64,000 bases of DNA. Source: Limisphaerales bacterium (GTDB lineage: Bacteria; Verrucomicrobiota; Verrucomicrobiia; Limisphaerales; UBA11358). Below the pieces are notes generated by a model. That model was given only the letters and a program-made list of their open reading frames with translations. It ran no database searches and was not told the origin of the DNA. The stretch is from NCBI GenBank assembly GCA_003161635.1, contig PMOA01000148.1, positions 26,144 through 90,143 on the forward strand, given 5' to 3'. The translations under genes were made by a program, and so were the position numbers. Each line of letters opens with the position of its first letter. The first letter of the stretch is position 1. Below are positions 58,833 through 64,000 of this stretch, in pieces.

Positions 58833-59906
58833 TTAGCGAGACATCCATGGCTCTGCTGCCCGAATGGAATTCCGGCTCTGATTTACCAAACATTGAGGGC
58901 CTCCGCCTTTCCCTTTTGCCAGCCGCACCGCCAAGTCTATGGCCTTGAACAGGCTCTGCGGATCAGCGTTGCCTTTCCAGGCTATATCGAAAGCCGTGCC
59001 ATGATCCACCGAGGTCCGAATGATCGGCAGGCCAATCGTGATGTTCACACCCGTGTCGAACGCGAGCATCTTGAATGGAATATGTCCCTGGTCATGATAC
59101 AGGCAGACGATGGCGTCAAACTTCTCCCGCTGATGCGGAACGAACGCGGCGTCTGGCGGCAGCGGCCCTTCGATTTGAATCCCTTCCGCACGCGCTCGTT
59201 CAATGGCCGGCGTGATGAGGTTTTCCTCCTCCCGCTCGCCAAATAAGCCATGTTCGCCAGCGTGCGGGTTCAGCCCGCAAATCCCGAGCCTCGGCGTGCG
59301 GCTCTTGAGCCACTTCATCGCCTCATCCGTAAGCTCAATCACATCCTGAACTCGCTGAGGCGAAATCTTCTTTGGCACAGAGGCATAACCAATGTGCGTC
59401 GTCACCATGCTCACCGTGAGGGCTTCGGAGGTCAGCATCATGCACACGCGGTCGGCCCCTGTGAGTGCTGCAAAAATCTCAGTGTGGCCGGGGTAGGGCA
59501 CGTCGGCCAACCGCAACGCCTCTTTATGCACCGGAGCCGTCACCACGCCGGAAATCCGATTTGCTACCGCCGCTCCGATGGACGCCTTGATGTAATTGAA
59601 CGAGGCGCCTCCGCACTCAGCGGAAATCATTCCCGGAAGAACGGATCCGGACTCGATCGCTCCACAATCCACGACTATCGGCTCCTCCGCTGGGGGGTTC
59701 TTTTCCCAGTCCGCCAGCTTTACCACACTCGCGGAAAAAGAAAGTTTGGCAGCTTCGGCCACCCGCCGCAGAACGCCGGCATCGCCAAACACTATTGGCG
59801 TACATTGCTTCAACACCACTGGCTCTTGCAGCGCTCGCAAGCAGAGCTCGGGCCCAATGCCCGCAGGGTCTCCCATCGTGATACCAATCCCGAGTCGCTC
59901 TTTCAT
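58833..59906 (-). CDS. PdxA-family 4-hydroxythreonine-4-phosphate / 4-phospho-threonate dehydrogenase
   Basis: Start MKERLGIGITMGDPAGIGPEL. APVHKEAL, GHTE, RTSVDHGTAFDIA. Confidence 0.85.
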   Translation of the reverse strand: MKERLGIGITMGDPAGIGPELCLRALQEPVVLKQCTPIVFGDAGVLRRVAEAAKLSFSASVVKLADWEKNPPAEEPIVVDCGAIESGSVLPGMISAECGGASFNYIKASIGAAVANRISGVVTAPVHKEALRLADVPYPGHTEIFAALTGADRVCMMLTSEALTVSMVTTHIGYASVPKKISPQRVQDVIELTDEAMKWLKSRTPRLGICGLNPHAGEHGLFGEREEENLITPAIERARAEGIQIEGPLPPDAAFVPHQREKFDAIVCLYHDQGHIPFKMLAFDTGVNITIGLPIIRTSVDHGTAFDIAWKGNADPQSLFKAIDLAVRLAKGKGGGPQCLVNQSRNSIRAAEPWMSR

Positions 59907-59913
59907 TGAGATT

Positions 59914-60828
59914 TTACTCCAATATTCCCAGCCGGACCATCTCCTGTCGGATGCTTTCCCGCTCGTTCTCATTCAAAGTGAGCAGCGGCGGCAGGACTGT
60001 AGGCTCGCAAAGTCTGCGAAAGTTCATCGCTGCCTTGAGCGCACCGAGCGATTGACCCAAGGTGCGGCCGTGCTGGTAGAGCATGGCTGTCTCTATCAGC
60101 TTCTTTTCCATGTCTGCAACCCTGGCCCGGTCACCCGCGCGTGCGCTTTCATAAAGCTGATGGCATAGATCGGGAACCAGGTTGCCAACGCTCGGCACAA
60201 TTCCATCCGCCCCCAACAATAGCATCTTTGCCATCAGCGCTCCAACGCCAATAAAGATGGAGAAATTATCTCTGTCGCGTAGCTTGTTAACGAGTTCCTC
60301 CAGCCGCGCTGCATTGTTCTCCGAGTCCTTCACCCCCGCCAAGCGTGGATGTCCCGCCAGTTTCTCCAATACATCGATGGGAATCGATACGTGCGTCGTA
60401 GAAGGGATATTGTAGAGGATTACCGGACCTTGCATCTGGTCGAGCAGTTTCTCGAAATAACCGAACATTTCCTTCGGCTGAATGGGGAAATACGACGGAG
60501 GCAGCGTCACCACAGCATCAATGCCGGCGCGCAAATATTGGTTGCCCGCCTCGACCGCATCCGCCAGGCAGTTGTCGTTAACCCCTGCGTACACCAATGC
60601 TCGGCCATTGACCTGTTTCAAGGTGAGATCCACCACCCGCAGCCGGTCTGCTCGCGGGACTGAAGCCGCCTCTCCCGTCGTGCCCAACACGAACACTCCC
60701 TCCACGCCCCCCTGCAAAAGAAATTCAATCACGCGGCAAGCGGCACTTTCATCCAAGCAACCTCTTGCCGTGACCGGAGTCACCATTGGCACCACAACAC
60801 CACGATATTGCCTATTGCTTGTATTCAT
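59914..60828 (-). CDS. DapA/dihydrodipicolinate-synthase-family class I aldolase
   Basis: GVVVPMVTP, VLGTTGEA, GVKDSE. Confidence 0.82.
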   Translation of the reverse strand: MNTSNRQYRGVVVPMVTPVTARGCLDESAACRVIEFLLQGGVEGVFVLGTTGEAASVPRADRLRVVDLTLKQVNGRALVYAGVNDNCLADAVEAGNQYLRAGIDAVVTLPPSYFPIQPKEMFGYFEKLLDQMQGPVILYNIPSTTHVSIPIDVLEKLAGHPRLAGVKDSENNAARLEELVNKLRDRDNFSIFIGVGALMAKMLLLGADGIVPSVGNLVPDLCHQLYESARAGDRARVADMEKKLIETAMLYQHGRTLGQSLGALKAAMNFRRLCEPTVLPPLLTLNENERESIRQEMVRLGILE

Positions 60829-60831
60829 AGA

Positions 60832-61977
60832 TCAATAGGTCGTCCGGTAAATGTCAACCGCATCTCCTTCGGTCACCTCGCGAGGATTATTCCTCAGCAA
60901 TCGTGTCACCGTCATCGCCCCTTTGGCCAACCTGGGAATCGCGTCCCTCGGAATCCCTAATTCAGACAAACTCTGTGGCACTCCGCACTGACGAGATAGT
61001 CCCACAAGCCGCTCCACTCCCTTCAGAGCCGTTTCCATCGGCGGCGTCCCCTGCTCGATCCCCAAGGCCACTGCGATCGTAGCATAACGCTCCACAGCCG
61101 CAGACAAGCTAAAGCGTATCACGTGCGGTAGCAGCACCGCAGTGGACACACCATGAGCTACATGGAATTCTCCGCCCAAAGGATAGGCCAGGGCATGCAC
61201 CGCCGCGGTGTTGACCGGCCCCAGGCAAAGCCCACCGAAAAGACTCCCCAACGCCATGTTCGCACGGGCTTCAACATCCTTCCCGTCTCTGACTGCGCGT
61301 TCAAGGTTCGCCCCGATCAGTCGAATGCCCTTCAACGCGTACAGATCTACCACCGGATGCGCGAACTTGTTCGCATAAGCCTCAATGCAATGTACCAGAG
61401 CATCCAGTCCCGTCGCCGCCGTCACCGCCGGCGGCACCGATAGCGTTAGCAATGGATCCACGCAGGCCGCATCTGGCACCAAGTGCGGGCTAACCACGCC
61501 TTTTTTGAGCTGATCTTGTTCATCCAGCAAAATCGCGTTCGGGGACACCTCACTGCCCGTCCCTGAGGTCGTCGGCAAGCAGGCGAGAAATGTTTTCCGC
61601 GCGGCTAGCAGGTTGATCCCGAATACGTCCTGAACTCGTTGCTCGTTCCGCACCAAGGCTGCTACCAGCTTGGCGACATCCATCGCACTGCCGCCACCGA
61701 AACCGATGACGGCGTCTGGCTCCATAGATTTAGCCACAGTCAACACCTCTTGAAACATCCTGATCGTGGGCTCCGTGTTTATGTCGCTGTAGATAGTCAC
61801 CGCCGCACCTCCAGCTTCTAAGCTCCGCCTGAAAGGCCTGATGCTGCCTAGCACGAATGAACTGGTCACAACCAAGATGCGCCGCAACCCTTCTTTGACG
61901 AGATAATCAGCGAACTCTAGCGCGCATCCGTTCCCAAAAACGATCCGCTTGGGCTGCAACAGGTTAATGATGTTCAT
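60832..61977 (-). CDS. Iron-containing (group III) alcohol dehydrogenase
   Basis: GFGGGSAMDVAK, PTTSGTGSEV, GLDALVHCIEAY, HGVSTAVLLPHV. Confidence 0.88.
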   Translation of the reverse strand: MNIINLLQPKRIVFGNGCALEFADYLVKEGLRRILVVTSSFVLGSIRPFRRSLEAGGAAVTIYSDINTEPTIRMFQEVLTVAKSMEPDAVIGFGGGSAMDVAKLVAALVRNEQRVQDVFGINLLAARKTFLACLPTTSGTGSEVSPNAILLDEQDQLKKGVVSPHLVPDAACVDPLLTLSVPPAVTAATGLDALVHCIEAYANKFAHPVVDLYALKGIRLIGANLERAVRDGKDVEARANMALGSLFGGLCLGPVNTAAVHALAYPLGGEFHVAHGVSTAVLLPHVIRFSLSAAVERYATIAVALGIEQGTPPMETALKGVERLVGLSRQCGVPQSLSELGIPRDAIPRLAKGAMTVTRLLRNNPREVTEGDAVDIYRTTY

Positions 61978-62082
61978 AATTCGATTTGGAAGTTACTCTT
62001 TGTTCAGCCACGCCTCGGAAACCGGTGGCAGGCCCTCGCACAATGCTTTTTTAACTTTTTCTATTGTTCCCTCATGCAGGCC

Positions 62083-63585
62083 TCAGTTGAAACCAGTTTG
62101 AACCTTGTTTGTAACCGGCGAAAGAGTCAGCCTCAGAGCGCTGGTCGCTTCGGCTCTGATCCACACAATCAAATCCCGGCCTTCCAGACTGTCGCGGTAG
62201 CCGAACCGGAAATCTTTTCCTCGCGGCAAACTCTGGCCATTGAGCTTGAGTTTGGCGGCGGCTGGTCCCCAGTTACGGATGACCAGGCAGAGGTTAACGA
62301 CCGGTTGTTCCGGGCTGGCAGTCAGTTCAATTTCTAAGGTGGAGGGTTGGCCGGGTTGTTCGTTCTGCAGGAGGTAGGCGCGTTGCGTGGGGTCGTAGCC
62401 CTGGCTGCTGAACCCGCCTCGGCTGACCTTCAGGTCGGGCGGGAAGAGCCAAGATTTGCCCAGCATGCCTAGCTTGGCAGCGGGTTGGTCCGTCATCCCG
62501 TGCAGATGAATCCAGGTCTGCGATTTCTCGTCTTGCGCGTAGGGTTTCCATTTCAGATGCGACAGGGAGGTGTGCGAAGGCCGGTCGGCGGACTTCGCCA
62601 CACTGGTATCCGACTTCTCCTGCGCCACGGGCCAATGATTCCAAAAGTTGAAGTGCGAACCGGGGGCATGGCCTCCGTAGGAGCTGACCGTCGCCCCCTC
62701 AGGGTTAAAGATGGTAAACGGCTTGAATTTGGATTTCAGATTCACGAGCTGGATACACGTGTCCTCAGGCGGCTTGGACAAGTCGGGGCTGTCCCTCTCG
62801 GTCCAGGTATAATCTTTGCTCTCGCCCTTGAGATTGGCCAAAGTCAGTGCAGTGAGGTTCAGACTGTCCTCAGGCCCCGCGCCCGGCTGGTTAACCACGA
62901 TGCTCTCCTGATACTCGATCCATTCATTGAGCGCGGAGGTATAAAGTGTTGCCTTGCGCACCCCAACCGAATCCGGATAAATGGTGTAGAACTCGTCTGC
63001 CCAGTCTCCCCAACCTGTCTGCTCGTCCACAAAGGCCAAGGTGTACTCCAGGTCGGTGGGGGCATAACGCCACTGTATGACCACACGCGCCTCGGTGTTC
63101 TCGATGACGCGCACATGAGAATAACGGGTCTTTTTGTCCGACATGGGCTCGACCATGCTGGTGGTGCGACTAACTTTCCCGCCCGGTCGCTCGAAATACT
63201 CGTTGCTGAACCAGGGGCCTTCAGGAGTTGCCCAACAGGGAACGTAACTGGTGCCACGCCAGAACACGAAGCGGTGCTCGAACTGATCGAAGCGAATGAC
63301 GACGTCGGCATAGTCGCCAATGCGCCACGGCTTATCCCAGCTCGGCTCATAACTCAGCTTGGTCCAATAGGCGCCGAATCGGCCTGGGCCTGGCGGGCCA
63401 CAAGGTAGGCGCAGCTGGCTGGAAGCCGCCGGCTTGACTGCACTCGTGGATTCAGCCCCCCGAACAGTCGGCTCTATCAAGATCAGTGCAGTCAGAAGAA
63501 GGTCCAGGAACAATGCGAGACTCCAGAGGACTCCTGGAGGAGTGCTCACGTTCGAGGTTCTAGTTATTTCCGAATTCATGGGCAT
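62083..63585 (-). CDS. Hypothetical secreted protein (unknown family), copy 1 of a tandem pair
   Basis: Start MPMNSEI with a TM/signal segment (VLWSLALFLDLLLTALILI). Conserved-looking blocks WRGTSYVPCW, GWGDWADEFYTIYPD, HFNFWNHWPVAQ. Confidence 0.6.
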   Translation of the reverse strand: MPMNSEITRTSNVSTPPGVLWSLALFLDLLLTALILIEPTVRGAESTSAVKPAASSQLRLPCGPPGPGRFGAYWTKLSYEPSWDKPWRIGDYADVVIRFDQFEHRFVFWRGTSYVPCWATPEGPWFSNEYFERPGGKVSRTTSMVEPMSDKKTRYSHVRVIENTEARVVIQWRYAPTDLEYTLAFVDEQTGWGDWADEFYTIYPDSVGVRKATLYTSALNEWIEYQESIVVNQPGAGPEDSLNLTALTLANLKGESKDYTWTERDSPDLSKPPEDTCIQLVNLKSKFKPFTIFNPEGATVSSYGGHAPGSHFNFWNHWPVAQEKSDTSVAKSADRPSHTSLSHLKWKPYAQDEKSQTWIHLHGMTDQPAAKLGMLGKSWLFPPDLKVSRGGFSSQGYDPTQRAYLLQNEQPGQPSTLEIELTASPEQPVVNLCLVIRNWGPAAAKLKLNGQSLPRGKDFRFGYRDSLEGRDLIVWIRAEATSALRLTLSPVTNKVQTGFN

Positions 63586-63587
63586 TT

Positions 63588-64000
63588 CTACTCTGTAGCC
63601 GGCTTCATGGTTATGGTTAAAGGCTTGGTTGCCTGAAGTTTGATCCAAACAATCAAATCGCTGCCCTCCAGCCTGTGCTCGTGGCCAAGGCGAAGGTCCT
63701 TTCCAAGCACTTTTAATTGGCCATCGAGTTGCACCTCCGCGTCGGACTCGCCCCAATTTCGGACCACAAAGGCTGGATTACACGCTGGAGATGCTTCGCT
63801 GGCTTGCAGGGTAAATTGCACGGTGCCGGGTTTCCCGGCGTCTTTGGCTTCCAGGACGAAAGCCCGCTGGTACTTGTCATATTCGCCGCCGGTCCAGCCT
63901 TCGCCAAGAAGAGTGAGCTTCGGCGGGTTGTTCCAGGAGCGGGCTAGCGTCGTCAGGCTGGCAACGGGTTGTTCCGTCATCCCGATTAGCGTCACGACTT
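63588..64000 (-). CDS. C-terminal part of a paralogue of 62083..63585 (gene continues off the right edge)
   Basis: ...GMTEQPVASLTTLARSW..PPKL....GGEYDKYQRAFVLE...VVRNWGESDAEVQLDGQ...GSDLIVWIKLQATKPLTITM parallels the last ~135 aa of the neighbouring gene. Confidence 0.6.
   Translation of the reverse strand, partial: VVTLIGMTEQPVASLTTLARSWNNPPKLTLLGEGWTGGEYDKYQRAFVLEAKDAGKPGTVQFTLQASEASPACNPAFVVRNWGESDAEVQLDGQLKVLGKDLRLGHEHRLEGSDLIVWIKLQATKPLTITMKPATE

Overview
High-GC (~60% by eye) bacterial chromosome segment. The gene content points to the PVC group, most likely Verrucomicrobiota: a DUF1559-type pseudopilin, a Planctomycete-type cytochrome c (PSCyt1) domain, secreted proteins ending in FYRL/FYRV, and dense short palindromic repeat families. 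This placement is inference only. The backbone is housekeeping: ahcY-metK with a divergent SahR-like regulator, leuS, coaX, birA, nadC, a hemE-hemN-hemY-hemH operon, lgt and miaA. Five things stand out. (1) An ECF sigma/anti-sigma pair sits beside duplicated back-to-back ECF-type promoters. One of these drives a four-gene envelope redox operon: cupredoxin, CusF-SCO1 fusion, 8-haem lipoprotein, and a lipoprotein fusing a haem c domain to a probable outer-membrane beta-barrel. I regard this as the best candidate for an undescribed system, a Cyc2/Mtr-like outer-membrane electron conduit. (2) LeuRS carries an in-frame IF3 N-terminal-domain-like insertion and a lower-GC central block. (3) At least four families of palindromic REP/REPIN-like elements are inserted in frame in essential genes (leuS twice, hemY twice, hemE, miaA, probably coaX). 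A REP-flanked RAYT-type Y1 transposase pseudogene sits inside the haem operon. (4) A ~13.4 kb island lies next to tRNA-Arg(CCT). It holds two tandem paralogous tyrosine integrases, excisionase-like genes, a DUF3631 protein, an MFS exporter, an eroded ATPase/methyltransferase remnant, an orphan CHAT-like protease, an SRAP peptidase and a third integrase fragment. (5) There is a GDP-mannose 3,5-epimerase / sugar-1-kinase / nucleotidyltransferase / FucU / FucP cluster and a DUF1537-PdxA2 acid-sugar cluster. I saw no rRNA and no CRISPR array. All calls come from reading the supplied translations and the sequence. No searches were run, GC statements are visual estimates, and family names are from memory.
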